Assembly (NCBI RefSeq): GCF_009914755.1
Contig: NC_060936.1
DNA length: 64,000 bases
Strand: one strand, 5' to 3'
Origin: the human T2T-CHM13v2.0 reference genome, Homo sapiens
Every line of letters begins with the position of its first letter. Positions within the stretch are counted from its first letter, which is position 1. Below, one piece after another: positions 26,001-41,000 of the stretch. A program made the position numbers and the translations under genes. The notes below the pieces were generated by a model, which searched no databases, was not told where the DNA came from, and saw nothing but the letters and a program-made list of their open reading frames with translations.

Positions 26001-29000
26001 TTGAATACACACACCACAAATAAGTTACTGAGAATTCTTCTGTCGAACATTACATGAAGAAATCCCGTTTCCAACGAAGGCCTCAAAGAGGTCCAAATAT
26101 CCACTTGCAGACATTACAAACAGTGTGTTTCCAAACTACTCCATCAAAAGAAAGGTTAAACTCTGTGAGCTGAACACACACATCAAAAAGTAGTTTCTGT
26201 GAATGATTATGTCTAGATTTTATAAGAAGATGTTTCCTTTTCTACCGTAGGCCTCAAAGCGCTTGAAATCTCCAGCTGCAAATTCCACAAAAAGGGTGTT
26301 TAACATCTGGTCTTCTAAAGGAAAGTTCAACTCTATGAGTTGAATACACACAGCACAAAGAAGTTACTGAGACTTCTCCTATCAAACATTAAATGAAGCA
26401 ATCCCGTTTCCAACGAAGGCCTCAAAGAGGTCCAAATATCTGCTTGCAGACTTTACAGACAGAGTGTTTCCAAACTGCTCCATCAAAAGAAAGGTTAACC
26501 TCCTTGAGTTGAACACACACATCACAAAGTAGTTTCTGAGAATGATTCTGTCTAGTTTTTATACGAAGATGTTTCCTTTTCTACCTTTGGTCTCAAAGCG
26601 ATTGAAATCTCCACATGGAAACTCCACAAAAAGAGTGTTTCAAATCTGCTATGTCTAAAGGAAGGTTCAACTCTGTGAGTTGAATACACACACCACAAAT
26701 AAGTTACTGAGAATTCTTCTGTGTAACATTATATGAGGAAATCCCGTTTCCAACGAAGGCCTCAAAGAGGTCCAAATATCCACTTGCAGACTTTACAAAG
26801 ACAGTGTCTCCAAACTCCTTCATCAAAAGAAAGGTTATACTCTGTGAATTGAACGCACACATCACAAAGTGCTTTCTGAGAATGATTCTGTCTAGTTTTT
26901 ATACAAAGATATTTCCTTTTCTACATTTGGCCTAAAAGCGCTTGAAATCTCCACCTGCAAATATCACAAAAAGAGGGTTTCACATCTGCTCTGTCTAAAG
27001 GACAGTTCACCTCTGTGAGTTGAATAGAGGCAACACAAAGAACTTACTCAGTATTCTTCTTTCTAGCGTTCTATGAAGAAATCCCGTTTCCAACGAAGGC
27101 CTCAAAGAGGTCCAAATATCTGCTTGCAGACTTTACAGACAGAGTGTTTCCAAACTACTCTATGAAAAGAAAGCTTAAACTCCTTGAGTTGAACGCACAC
27201 ATCACAAAGTAGTTTCTGAGAATGATTCTGTCTTGTTTTTATACAAAGTTATTTCTGTTTCTATGATTGGCCTCAAAGTGATTGAAATCTCCAACTGGAA
27301 ACTGCACAAATAGGGTGTTTCAAATCTGCTCTGTCTAAAGGAAGGTTCAACTCTGTGAGTTGAATACACACACCACAAATAAGTTACTGAGAATTCTTCT
27401 GTCGAACATTACATGAAGAAATCCCGTTTCCAACGAAGGCCTCAAAAGGTCCAAATATCCACTTGCAGACATTACAAACAGAGTGTTTCCAAACTGCTCC
27501 ATCAAAAGAAAGGTTAAACTCTGTGAGCTGAACACACACATCAGAAAGAAGTTTCTGTGAATGATTCTGTCTAGATTTTATAAGAAGATGTTTCCTTTTC
27601 TACCGTAGGCCTCATAGTGCTTGAAATCTCCAGCTGCAAATTCCACAAAAAGGGTGTTTAACACCTGATCTTCTAAAGGAAAGTTCAACTCAATGAGTTG
27701 AATACACACAGCACAAAGAAGTTACTGAGACCTCTCCTATCAAACATTATATGAAGAAATCCCGTTTCCAACGAAGGCCTCAAAGAGGTCCAAATATCTG
27801 TTTGCAGACTTTGCAGACAGAGTGTTTCCAAACTGCTCCATCAAAAGAAAGGTTAACCTCCTTGAGTTGAACACACACATCACAAAGTAGTTTCTGAGAA
27901 TGATTCTGTCTAGTTTTTATACGAAGATGTTTCCTTTTCTACCTTTGGTCTCAAAGCGATTGAAATCTCCACATGGAAACTCCACAAAAAGAGTGTTTCA
28001 AATCTGCTCTGTCTAAAGGAAGGTTCAACTCTGTGAGTTGAATACACACACCACAAATAAGTTACTGAGAATTCTTCTGTGTAACATTATATGAGGAAAT
28101 CCCGTTTCCAACGAAGGCCTCAAAGAGGTCCAAATATCCACTTGCAGACTTTACAAAGACAGTGTCTCCAAAATCCTCCATCAAAAGAAAGGTTATACTC
28201 TGTGAATTGAACGCACACATCACAAAGTAGTTTCTGAGAATGATTCTGTCTAGTTTTTATACGAAGATATTTCCTTTTCTACATTTGGCCTAAAAGCGCT
28301 TGAAATCTCCACGTGGAAATATCACAAAAAGAGGGTTTCACATCTGCTCTGTCTAAAGGACAGTTCACCTCTGTGAGTTGAATAGAGGCAACACATAGAA
28401 CTTACTCAATATTCTTCTTTCTAGCGTTATATGAAGAAATCCCGTTTCCAACGAAGGCCTCAAAGAGGTCCAAATATCTGCTTGCAGACTTTACAGACAG
28501 AGTGTTTCCAAACTACTCTATGAAAAGAAAGCTTAAACTCCTTGAGTTGAACGCACACATCACAAAGTAGTTTCTGAGAATGATTCTGTCTTGTTTTTAT
28601 ACAAAGTTATTTCTGTTTCTATGATTGGCCTCAAAGCGATTGAAATCTCCAACTGGAAACTGCACAAATAGGGTGTTTCAAATCTGCTCTGTCTAAAGGA
28701 AGGTTCAACTCTGTGAGTTGAATACACACACCACAAATAAGTTACTGAGAATTCTTCTGTCGAACATTACATGAAGAAATCCCGTTTCCAACGAAGGCCT
28801 CAAAGAGGTCCAAATATCCACTTGCAGACATTACAAACAGTGTGTTTCCAAACTACTCCATCAAAAGAAAGGTTAAACTCTGTGAGCTGAACACACACAT
28901 CAAAAAGTAGTTTCTGTGAATGATTATGTCTAGATTTTATAAGAAGATGTTTCCTTTTCTACCGTAGGCCTCAAAGCGCTTGAAATCTCCAGCTGCAAAT

Positions 29001-32000
29001 TCCACAAAAAGGGTGTTTAACATCTGCTCTTCTAAAGGAAAGTTCAACTCTATGAGTTGAATACACACAGCACAAAGAAGTTACTGAGACTTCTCCTATC
29101 AAACATTATATGAAGAAATCCCGTTTCCAACGAAGGCCTCAAAGAGGTCCAAATATCTGCTTGCAGACTTTACAGACAGAGTTTTTCCAAACTGCTCCAT
29201 CAAAAGAAAGGTTAAACTCCTTGAGTTGAACACACACATCACAAAGTAGTTTCTGTGAATGATTCTGTCTAGTTTTTATACGAAGATGTTTCCTTTTCTA
29301 CCTTTGGTCTCAAAGCGATTGAAATCTCCACATGGAAACTCCACAAAAAGAGTGTTTCAAATCTGCTCTTTCTGAAGGAAGGTTCAATTCAGTGAGTTGA
29401 ATACACACACCACAAATAAGTTACTGAGAATTCTTCTGTGTAACATTATATGAGGAAATCCCGTTTCCAACGAAGGCCTCAAAGAGGTCCAAATATCCAC
29501 TTGCAGACTTTACAAAGACAGTGTCTCCAAACTCCTCCATCAAAAGAAAGGTTATACTCTGTGAATTGAACGCACACATCACAAAGTAGTTTCTGAGAAT
29601 GATTCTGTCTAGTTTTTATACTAAGATATTTCCTTTTCTACATTTGGCCTAAAAGCGCTGAAATCTCCACCTGCAAATATCACAAAAAGAGGGTTTCACA
29701 TCTGCTCTGTCTAAAGGACAGTTCACCTCTGTGAGTTGAATAGAGGCAACACAAAGAACTTACTCAGTATTCTTCTTTCTAGCATTACATGAAGAAATCC
29801 CGTTTCCAACGAAGGCCTCAAAGAGGTCCAAATATCTCCTTGCAGACTTTACAGACAGAGTGTTTCCAAACTACTATATGAAAAGAAAGCTTAAACTCCT
29901 TGAGTTGAACGCACACATCACAAAGTAGTTTCTGAGAATGATTCTGTCTTGTTTTTATACAAAGTTATTTCCGTTTCTATGATTGGCCTCAAAGCGATTG
30001 AAATCTCCAACTGGAAACTGCACAAATAGGGTGTTTCAAATCTGCTCTGTCTAAAGGAAGGTTCAACTCTGTGAGTTGAATACACACACCACAAATAAGT
30101 TACTGAGAATTCTTCTGTCGAACATTACATGAAGAAATCCCGTATCCAATGAAGGCCTCAAAGAGGTCCAAATATCCACTTGCAGACATTACAAACAGAG
30201 TGTTTCCAAACTGCTCCATCAAAAGAAAGGTTAAACTCTGTGAGCTGAACACACACATCAAAAAGAAGTTTCTGTGAATGATTCTGTCTAGATTTTATAA
30301 GAAGATGTTTGCTTTTCTACCGTAGGCCTCAAAGCGCTTGAAATCTCCAGCTGCAAATTCCACAAAAAGGGTGTTTAACATCTGCTCTTCTAAAGGAAAG
30401 TTCAACTCTATGAGTTGAATACACACAGCACAAAGAAGTTACTGAGACTTCTCCTATCAAACATTATATGAAGAAATCCCGTTTCCAACGAAGGCCTCAA
30501 AGAGGTCCAAATATCTGCTTGCCGACTTTACAGACAGACTGTTTCCAAACTGCTCCATCAAAAGAAAGGTTAACCTCCTTGAGTTGAACACACACATCAC
30601 AAAGTAGTTTCTGTGAATGATTCTGTCTAGTTTTTATACGAAGATGTTTCCTTTTCTACCTTTGGTCTCAATGCGATTGAAATCTCCACATGGAAACTCC
30701 ACAAAAAGAGTGTTTCAAATCTGCTCTGTCTAAAGGAAGGTTCAACTCTGTGAGTTGAATACACACACCACAATTAAGTTACTGAGAATTCTTCTGTGTA
30801 ACATTATATGAGGAAATCCCGTTTCCAACGAAGGCCTCAAAGAGGTCCAAATATCCACTTGCAGACTTTACAAAGACAGTGTCTCCAAACTCCTCCATCA
30901 AAAGAAAGGTTATACTCTGTGAATTGAACGCACACATCACAAAGTAGTTTCTGAGAATGATTCTGTCTAGTTTTTATACGAAGATATTTCCTTTTCTACA
31001 TTTGGCCAAAAAGCGCTTGAAATCTCCACGTGCAAATATCACAAAAAGAGGGTTTCACATCTGCTCTGTCTAAAGGACAGTTCACCTCTGTGAGTTGAAT
31101 AGAGGCAACACAAAGAACTTACTCAGTATTCTTCTTTCTAGCGTTATATGAAGAAATCCCGTTTCCAACGAAGGCCTCAAAGAGGTCCAAATATCTGCTT
31201 GCAGACTTTACAGACAGAGTGTTTCCAAACTACTCTATGAAAAGAAAGCTTAAACTCCTTGAGTTGAACGCACACATCACAAAGTAGTTTCTGAGAATGA
31301 TTCTGTCTTGTTTTTATACAAATGTATTTCCGTTTCTATGGCCTCAAAGCAATTGAAATCTCCAACTGGAAACTGCACAAATAGGGTGTTTCAAATCTGC
31401 TCTGTCTAAAGGAAGGTTCAACTCTGTGAGTTGAATACACACACCACAAATAAGTTGCTGAGAATTCTTCTGTCAAACATTACAGGAAGAAATCCCGTTT
31501 CCAACGAAGGCCTCAAAGAGGTCCAAATATCCACATGCAGACATTACAAACAGAGTGTTTCCAAACTGCTCCATCAAAAGAAAGGTTAAACTCTGTGAGC
31601 TGAACAGACACATCAAAAAGAAGTTTCTGTGAATGATTCTGTCTAGATTTTATAAGAAGATGTTTCCTTTTCTACCGTAGGCCTCAAAGCGCTTGAAATC
31701 TCCAGCTGCAAATTCCAAAAAAAGGGTGTTTAACATCTGGTCTTCTAAAGGAAAGTTCAACTCTATGAGTTGAATACACACAGCACAAAGAAGTTACTGA
31801 GACTTCTCCTATCAAACATTAAATGAAGCAATCCCGTTTCCAACGAAGGCCTCAAAGAGGTCCAAATATCTGCTTGCAGACTTTACAGACAGAGTGTTTC
31901 CAAACTGCTCCATCAAAAGAAAGGTTAACCTCCTTGAGTTGAACACACACATCACAAAGTAGTTTCTGAGAATGATTCTGTCTAGTTTTTATACGAAGAT

Positions 32001-35000
32001 GTTTCCTTTTCTACCTTTGGTCTCAAAGCGATTGAAATCTCCACATGGAAACTCCACAAAAAGAGTGTTTCAAATCTGCTCTGTCTAAAGGAAGCTTCAA
32101 CTCTGTGAGTTGAATACACACACCACAAATAAGTTACTGAGAATTCTTCTGTGTAACATTATATGAGGAAATCCCGTTTCCAACGAAGGCCTCAAAGAGG
32201 TCCAAATATCCACTTGCAGACTTTACAAAGACAGTGTCTCCAAACTCCTTCATCAAAAGAAAGGTTATACTCTGTGAATTGAACGCACACATCACAAAGT
32301 GCTTTCTGAGAATGATTCTGTCTAGTTTTTATACAAAGATATTTCCTTTTCTACATTTGGCCTAAAAGCGCTTGAAATCTCCACCTGCAAATATCACAAA
32401 AAGAGGGTTTCACATCTGCTCTGTCTAAATGACAGTTCACCTCTGTGAGTTGAATAGAGGCAACACAAAGAACTTACTCAGTATTCTTCTTTCTAGCGTT
32501 CTATGAAGAAATCCCGTTTCCAACGAAGGCCTCAAAGAGGTCCAAATATCTGCTTGCAGACTTTACAGACAGAGTGTTTCCAAACTACTCTATGAAAAGA
32601 AAGCTTAAACTCCTTGAGTTGAACGCACACATCACAAAGTAGTTTCTGAGAATGATTCTGTCTTGTTTTTATACAAAGTTATTTCTGTTTCTATGATTGG
32701 CCTCAAAGCGATTGAAATCTCCAACTGGAAACTGCACAAATAGGGTGTTTCAAATCTGCTCTGTCTAAAGGAAGGTTCAACTCTGTGAGTTGAATACACA
32801 CACCACAAATAAGTTACTGAGAATTCTTCTGTCGAACATTACATGAAGAAATCCCGTTTCCAACGAAGGCCTCAAAAGGTCCAAATATCCACTTGCAGAC
32901 ATTACAAACAGAGTGTTTCCAAACTGCTCCATCAAAAGAAAGGTTAAACTCTGTGAGCTGAACACACACATCAAAAAGAAGTTTCTGTGAATGATTCTGT
33001 CTAGATTTTATAAGAAGATGTTTCCTTTTCTACCGTAGGCCTCATAGTGCTTGAAATCTCCAGCTGCAAATTCCACAAAAAGGGTGTTTAACACCTGATC
33101 TTCTAAAGGAAAGTTCAACTCAATGAGTTGAATACACACAGCACAAAGAAGTTACTGAGACCTCTCCTATCAAACATTATATGAAGAAATCCCGTTTCCA
33201 ACGAAGGCCTCAAAGAGGTCCAAATATCTGTTTGCAGACTTTGCAGACAGAGTGTTTCCAAACTGCTCCATCAAAAGAAAGGTTAACCTCCTTGAGTTGA
33301 ACACACACATCACAAAGTAGTTTCTGAGAATGATTCTGTCTAGTTTTTATACGAAGATGTTTCCTTTTCTACCTTTGGTCTCAAAGCGATTGAAATCTCC
33401 ACATGGAAACTCCACAAAAAGAGTGTTTCAAATCTGCTCTGTCTAAAGGAAGGTTCAACTCTGTGAGTTGAATACACACACCACAAATAAGTTACTGAGA
33501 ATTCTTCTGTGTAACATTATATGAGGAAATCCCGTTTCCAACGAAGGCCTCAAAGAGGTCCAAATATCCACTTGCAGACTTTACAAAGACAGTGTCTCCA
33601 AACTCCTCCATCAAAAGAAAGGTTATACTCTGTGAATTGAACGCACACATCACAAAGTAGTTTCTGAGAATGATTCTGTCTAGTTTTTATACGAAGATAT
33701 TTCCTTTTCTACATTTGGCCTAAAAGCGCTTGAAATCTCCACCTGCAAATATCACAAAAAGAGGGTTTCACATCTGCTCTGTCTAAAGGACAGTTCACCT
33801 CTGTGAGTTGAATAGAGGCAACACAAAGAACTTACTCAGTATTCTTCTTTCTAGCATTATATGAAGAAATCCCGTTTCCAACGAAGGCCTCAAAGAGGTC
33901 CAAATATCTCCTTGCAGACTTTACAGACAGAGTGTTTCCAAACTACTCTATGAAAAGAAAGCTTAAACTCCTTGAGTTGAACGCACACATCACAAAGTAG
34001 TTTCTGAGAATGATTCTGTCTTGTTTTTATACAAAGTTATTTCCGTTTCTATGATTGGCCTCAAAGCGATTGAAATCTCCAACTGGAAACTGCACAAATA
34101 GGGTGTTTCAAATCTGCTCTGTCTAAAGGAAGGTTCAACTCTGTGAGTTGAATACACACACCACAAATAAGTTACTGAGAATTCTTCTGTCGAACATTAC
34201 ATGAAGAAATCCCGTTTCCAACGAAGGCCTCAAAGAGGTCAAAATATCCACTTGCAGGCATTACAAACAGAGGGTTTCCAAACTGCTCCATCAAAAGAAA
34301 GGTTAAACTCTGTGAGCTGAACACACACATCAAAAAGAAGTTTCTGTGAATGATTCTGTCTAGATTTTATAAGAAGATGTTTTCTTTTCTACCGTAGGCC
34401 TCAAAGTGCTTGAAATCTCCAGCTGCAAATTCCACAAAAAGGGTGTTTAACATCTGCTCTTCTAAAGGAAAGTTCAACTCTATGAGTTGAATACACACAG
34501 CACAAAGAAGTTACTGAGACTTCTCCTATCAAACATTATATGAAGAAATCCCGTTTCCAACGAAGGCCTCAAAGAGGTCCAAATATCTGCTTGCCGACTT
34601 TACAGACAGACTGTTTCCAAACTGCTCCATCAAAAGAAAGGTTAACCTCCTTGAGTTGAACACACACATCACAAAGTAGTTTCTGTGAATGATTCTGTCT
34701 AGTTTTTATACGAAGATGTTTCCTTTTCTACCTTTGGTCTCAATGCGATTGAAATCTCCACATGGAAACTCCACAAAAAGAGTGTTTCAAATCTGCTCTG
34801 TCTAAAGGAAGGTTCAACTCTGTGAGTTGAATACACACACCACAATTAAGTTACTGAGAATTCTTCTGTGTAACATTATATGAGGAAATCCCGTTTCCAA
34901 CGAATGCCTCAAAGAGGTCCAAATATCCACTTGCAGACTTTACAAAGACAGTGTCTCCAAACTCCTCCATCAAAAGAAAGGTTATACTCTGTGAATTGAA

Positions 35001-38000
35001 CACACACATCACAAAGTAGTTTCTGAGAATGATTCTGTCTAGTTTTTATACGAAGATATTTCCTTTTCTACATTTGGCCAAAAAGCGCTTGAAATCTCCA
35101 CCTGCAAATATCACAAAAAGAGGGTTTCACATCTGCTCTGTCTAAAGGACAGTTCACCTCTGTGAGTTGAATAGAGGCAACACAAAGAACTTACTCAGTA
35201 TTCTTCTTTCTAGCGTTATATGAAGAAATCCCGTTTCCAACGAAGGTCTCAAAGAGGTCCAAATATCTGCTTGCAGACTTTACAGACAGAGTGTTTCCAA
35301 ACTACTCTATGAAAAGAAAGCTTGAACTCCTTGAGTTGAACGCACACATCACAAAGTAGTTTCTGAGAATGATTCTGTCTTGTTTTTATACAAATGTATT
35401 TCCGTTTCTATGGCCTCAAAGCAATTGAAATCTCCCACTGGAAACTGCACAAATAGGGTGTTTCAAATTTGCTCTGTCTAAAGAAAGGTTCAACTCTGTG
35501 AGTTGAATACACACACCACAAATAAGTTGCTGAGAATTCTTCTGTCAAACATTACAGGAAGAAATCCCGTTTCCAACGAAGGCCTCAAAGAGGTCCAAAT
35601 ATCCACATGCAGACATTACAAACAGAGTGTTTGCAAACTGCTCCATCAAAAGAAAGGTTAAACTCTGTGAGCTGAACAGACACATCAAAAAGAAGTTTCT
35701 GTGAATGATTCTGTCTAGATTTTATAAGAAGATGTTTCCTTTTCTACCGTAGGCCTCAAAGCGCTTGAAATCTCCAGCTGCAAATTCCACAAAAAGGGTG
35801 TTTAACATCTGGTCTTCTAAAGGAAAGTTCAACTCTATGAGTTGAATACACACAGCACAAAGAAGTTACTGAGACTTCTCCTATCAAACATTATATGAAG
35901 AAATCCCGTTTCCAACGAAGGCCTCAAAGAGGTCCAAATATCTGCTTGCAGACTTTACAGACAGAGTTTTTCCAAACTGCTCCATCAAAAGAAAGGTTAA
36001 ACTCCTTGAGTTCAACACACACATCACAAAGTAGTTTCTGTGAATGATTCTGTCTAGTTTTCATACGAAGATGTTTCCTTTTCTACCTTTGGTCTCAAAG
36101 CGATTGAAATCTCCACATGGAAACTCCGCAAAAAGAGTGTTTCAAATCTGCTCTTTCTGAAGGAAGGTTCAACTCTGTGAGTTGAATACACACACCACAA
36201 ATAAGTTACTGAGAATTCTTCTGTGTAACATTATATGAGGAAATCCCGTTTCCAACGAAGGCCTCAAAGAGGTCCATATATCCACTTGCAGACTTTACAA
36301 AGACAGGGTCTCCAAACTCCTCCATCAAAAGAAAGGTTATACTCTGTGAATTGAACGCACACATCACAAAGTAGTTTCTGAGAATGATTCTGTCTAGTTT
36401 TTATACGAAGATATTTCCTTTTCTACATTTGGCCTATAAGCGCTTGAAATCTCCACCTGCAAATATCACAAAAAGAGGGTTTCACATCTGCTCTGTCTGA
36501 AGGACAGTTCACCTCTAGGAGTTGAATAGAGGCAACACAAAGATCTTACTCAGTATTCTTCTTTCTAGCGTTATATGAAGAAATGCCGTTTCCAACGAGG
36601 GCCTCAATGAGGTCCAAATATCGGCTTGCAGAATTTACAGACAGAGTGTTTCCAAACTACTCTATGAAAAGAAAGCTTAAACTCCTTCAGTTGAACGCAC
36701 ACATCACAAAGTAGTTTCTGAGAATGATTCTGTCTTGTTTTTATACAAATGTATTACCGTTTCTATGGCCTCAAAGCAATTGAAATCTCCAACTGGAAAC
36801 TGCCCAAATAGGGTGTTTCAAATCTGCTCTGTCTAAAGGAAGGTTCAACTCTGTGAGTTGAATACACACACCACAAATAAGTTACTGAGAATTCTTCTGT
36901 CGAACATTACATGAAGAAATCCCGTTACCAACGAAGGCCTCAAACAGGTCCAAATATCCACTTGCAGACATTACAAACAGAGTGTTTCCAAACTGCTCCA
37001 TCAAAAGAAAGGTTAAACTCTGTGAGCTGAACACACACATCAAAAAGAAGTTTCTGTGAATGATTCTGTCTAGATTTTATAAGAAGATGTTTCCTTTTCT
37101 ACCGTAGGCCTCAAAGCGCTTGAAATCTCCAGCTGCAAATTCCACAAAAAGGGTGTTTAACATCTGCTCTTCTAAAGGAAAGTTCAACTCTATGAGTTGA
37201 ATACACACAGCACAAAGAAGTTACTGAGACTTCTCCTATCAAACATTATATGAAGCAATCCCGTTTCCAACGAAGGCCTCAAAGAGGTCCAAATATCTGC
37301 TTGCAGACTTTACAGACAGAGTGTTTCCCAACTGCTCCATCAAAAGAAAGGTTAACCTCCTTGAGTTGAACACACACATCACAAAGTAGTTTCTGTGAAT
37401 GATTCTGTCTAGTTTTTATACGAAGATGTTTCCTTTTCTACCTTTGGCCTAAAAGCGCTTGAAATCTCCACCTGCAAATATCACAAAAAGAGGGTTTCAC
37501 ATCTGCTCTGTCTAAAGGACAGTTCACCTCTGTGAGTTGAATAGAGACAACACAAAGAACTTACTCAGTATTCTTCTTTCTAGCGTTCTATGAAGAAATC
37601 CCGTTTCCAACGAAGGCCTCAAAGAGGTCTAAATATCTGCTTGCAGACTTTACAGACAGAGTGTTTCCAAACTACTCTATGAAAAGAAAGCTTAAACTCC
37701 TTGAGTTAAACGCACACATCACAAAGTAGTTTCTGAGAATGATTCTGTCTAGTTTTTATACGAAGATGTTTCCTTTTCTACATTTGGTCTCAAAGCGATT
37801 GAAATCTTCAACTGGAAACTGCACAAATAGGGTGTTTCAAATCTGCTCTGTCTAAAGGAAGGTTCAACTCTGTGAGTTGAATACACACACCACAAATAAG
37901 TTACTGAGAATTCTTGTGTCGAACATTACATGAAGAAATCCCGTTTCCAACGAAGGCCTCAAAGAGGTCCAAATATCCACTTGCAGACATTACAAACAGA

Positions 38001-41000
38001 GTGTTTCCAAACTGCTCAATCAAAAGAAAGTTTAAACTCTGTGAGCTGAACACACACATCAAAAAGAAGTTTCTGTGAATGATTCTGTCTAGATTTTATA
38101 AGAAGATGTTTCCTTTTCTACCGTAGGCCTCAAAGCGCTTGAAATCTCCAGCTGCAAATTCCACAAAAAGGGTGTTTAACATCTGCTCATCTAAAGGAAA
38201 GTTCAACTCTATGAGTTGAATACACACAGCACAAAGAAGTTACTGAGACTTCTCCTATCAAACATTATATGAAGAAATCCCGTTTCCAACGAAGGCCTCA
38301 AAGAGGTCCAAATATCTGCTTGCCGACTTTACAGACAGAGTGTTTCCAAACTGCTCTATCAAAAGAAAGGTTAACCTCCTTGAGTTGAACACACACATCA
38401 CAAAGTAGTTTCTGTGAATGATTCTGTCTAGTTTTTATACGAAGATGTTTCCTTTTCTACCTTTGGTCTCAATGCGATTGAAATCTCCACATGGAAACTC
38501 CACAAAAAGAGTGTTTCAAATCTGCTCTTTCTGAAGGAAGGTTCAACTCTGTGAGTTGAATACACACACCACAAATAAGTTACTGAGAATTCTTCTGTGT
38601 AACATTATATGAGGAAATCCCGTTTCCAACGAAGGCCTCAAAGAGGTCCAAATATCCACTTGCAGACTTTACAAAGACAGTGTCTCCAAACTCCTCCATC
38701 AAAAGAAAGCTTATACTCTGTGAATTGAACGCACACATCACAAAGTAGTTTCTGAGAATGATTCTGTCTAGTTTTTATACGAAGATATTTCCTTTTCTAC
38801 ATTTGGCCAAAAAGCGCTTGAAATCTCCACGTGCAAATATCACAAAAAGAGGGTTTCACATCTGCTCTGTCTAAAGGACAGTTCACCTCTGTGAGTTGAA
38901 TAGAGGCAACACATAGAACTTACTCAGTATTCTTCTTTCTAGCGTTATATGAAGAAATCCCGTTTCCAACGAAGGCCTCAAAGAGGTCCAAATATCTGCT
39001 TGCAGACTTTACAGACAGAGTGTTTCCAAACTACTCTATGAAAAGAAAGCTTAAACTCCTTGAGTTGAACGCACACATCACAAAGTAGTTTCTGAGAATG
39101 ATTCTGTCAAGTTTTTATACAAATGTATTTCCTTTTCTATGGCCTCAAAGCAATTGAAATCTCCAACTGGAAACTGCACAAATAGGGTGTTTCAAATCTG
39201 CTCTGTCTAAAGGAAGGTTCAACTCTGTGAGTTGAATACACACACCACAAATAAGTTACTGAGAATTCTTCTGTCGAACATTACATGAAGAAATCCCGTT
39301 TCCAACGAAGGCCTCAAAGAGGTCCAAATATCCACTTGCAGACATTACAAACAGAGTGTTTCCAAACTGCTCCATCAAAAGAAAGGTTAAACTCTGTGAG
39401 CTGAACACACTCATCAAAAAGAAGTTTCTGTGAATGATTCTGTCTAGATTTTATAAGAAGATGTTTCCTTTTCTACCGTAGGCCTCAAAGCGCTTGAAAT
39501 CTCCAGCTGCAAATTCCACAAAAAGGGTGTTTAACATCTGCTCTTCTAAAGGAAAGTTCAACTCTATGACTTGAATACACACAGCACAAAGAAGTTACTG
39601 AGACTTCTCCTATCAAACATTATATGAAGAAATCCCGTTTCCAACGAAGGCCTCAAAGAGGTCCAAATATCTGCTTGCAGACTTTACAGACAGAGTTTTT
39701 CCAAACTGCTCCATCAAAAGAAAGGTTAAACTCCTTGAGTTGAACACACACATCACAAAGTAGTTTCTGTGAATGATTCTGTCTAGTTTTCATACGAAGA
39801 TGTTTCCTTTTCTACCTTTGGTCTCAAAGCGATTGAAATCTCCACGTGGAAACTCCACAAAAAGAGTGTTTCAAATCTGCTCTTTCTGAAGGAAGGTTCA
39901 ACTCTGTGAGTTGAATACACACACCACAAATAAGTTACTGAGAATTCTTCTGTGTAACATTATATGAGGAAATCCCGTTTCCAACGAAGGCCTCAAAGAG
40001 GTCCATATATCCACTTGCAGACTTTACAAAGACAGGGTCTCCAAACTCCTCCATCAAAAGAAAGGTTATACTCTGTGAATTGAACGCACACATCACAAAG
40101 TAGTTTCTGAGAATGATTCTGACTAGTTTTTATACGAAGATATTTCCTTTTCTACATTTGGCCTATAAGCGCTTGAAATCTCCACCTGCAAATATCACAA
40201 AAAGAGGGTTTCACATCTGCTCTGTCTGAAGGACAGTTCACCTCTGTGAGTTGAATAGAGGCAACACAAAGAATTTACTCAGTATTCTTCTTTCTAGCGT
40301 TATATGAAGAAATGCCGTTTCCAACGAAGGCCTCAAAGAGGTCCAAATATCTGCTTGCAGACTTTACAGACAGAGTGTTTCCAAACTACTCTATGAAAAG
40401 AAAGCTTAAACTCCTTGAGTTGAACGCACACATCACAAAGTAGTTTCTGAGAATGATTCTGCCTTGTTTTTATACAAATGTATTTCCGTTTCTATGGCCT
40501 CAAAGCAATTGAAATCTCCAACTGGAAACTGCCCAAATAGGGTGTTTCAAATCTGCTCTGTCTAAAGGAAGGTTCAACTCTGTGAGTTGAATACACACAC
40601 CACAAATAAGTTACTGAGAATTCTTCTGTCGAACATTACATGAAGAAATCCCGTTTCCAACGAAGGCCTCAAAGAGGTCCAAATATCCACTTGCAGACAT
40701 TACAAACAGAGTGTTTCCAAACTGCTCCATCAAAAGAAAGGTTAAACTCTGTGAGCTGAACACACACATCAAAAAGAAGTTTCTGTGAATGATTCTGTCT
40801 AGATTTTATAAGAAGATGTTTCCTTTTCTACCGTAGGCCTCAAAGCGCTTGAAATCTCCAGCTGCAAATTCCACAAAAAGGGTGTTTAACATCTGCTCTT
40901 CTAAAGAAAAGTTCAACTCTATGAGTTGAATACACACAGCACAAAGAAGTTACTGAGACTTCTCCTATCAAACATTATATGAAGAAATCCCGTTTCCAAC

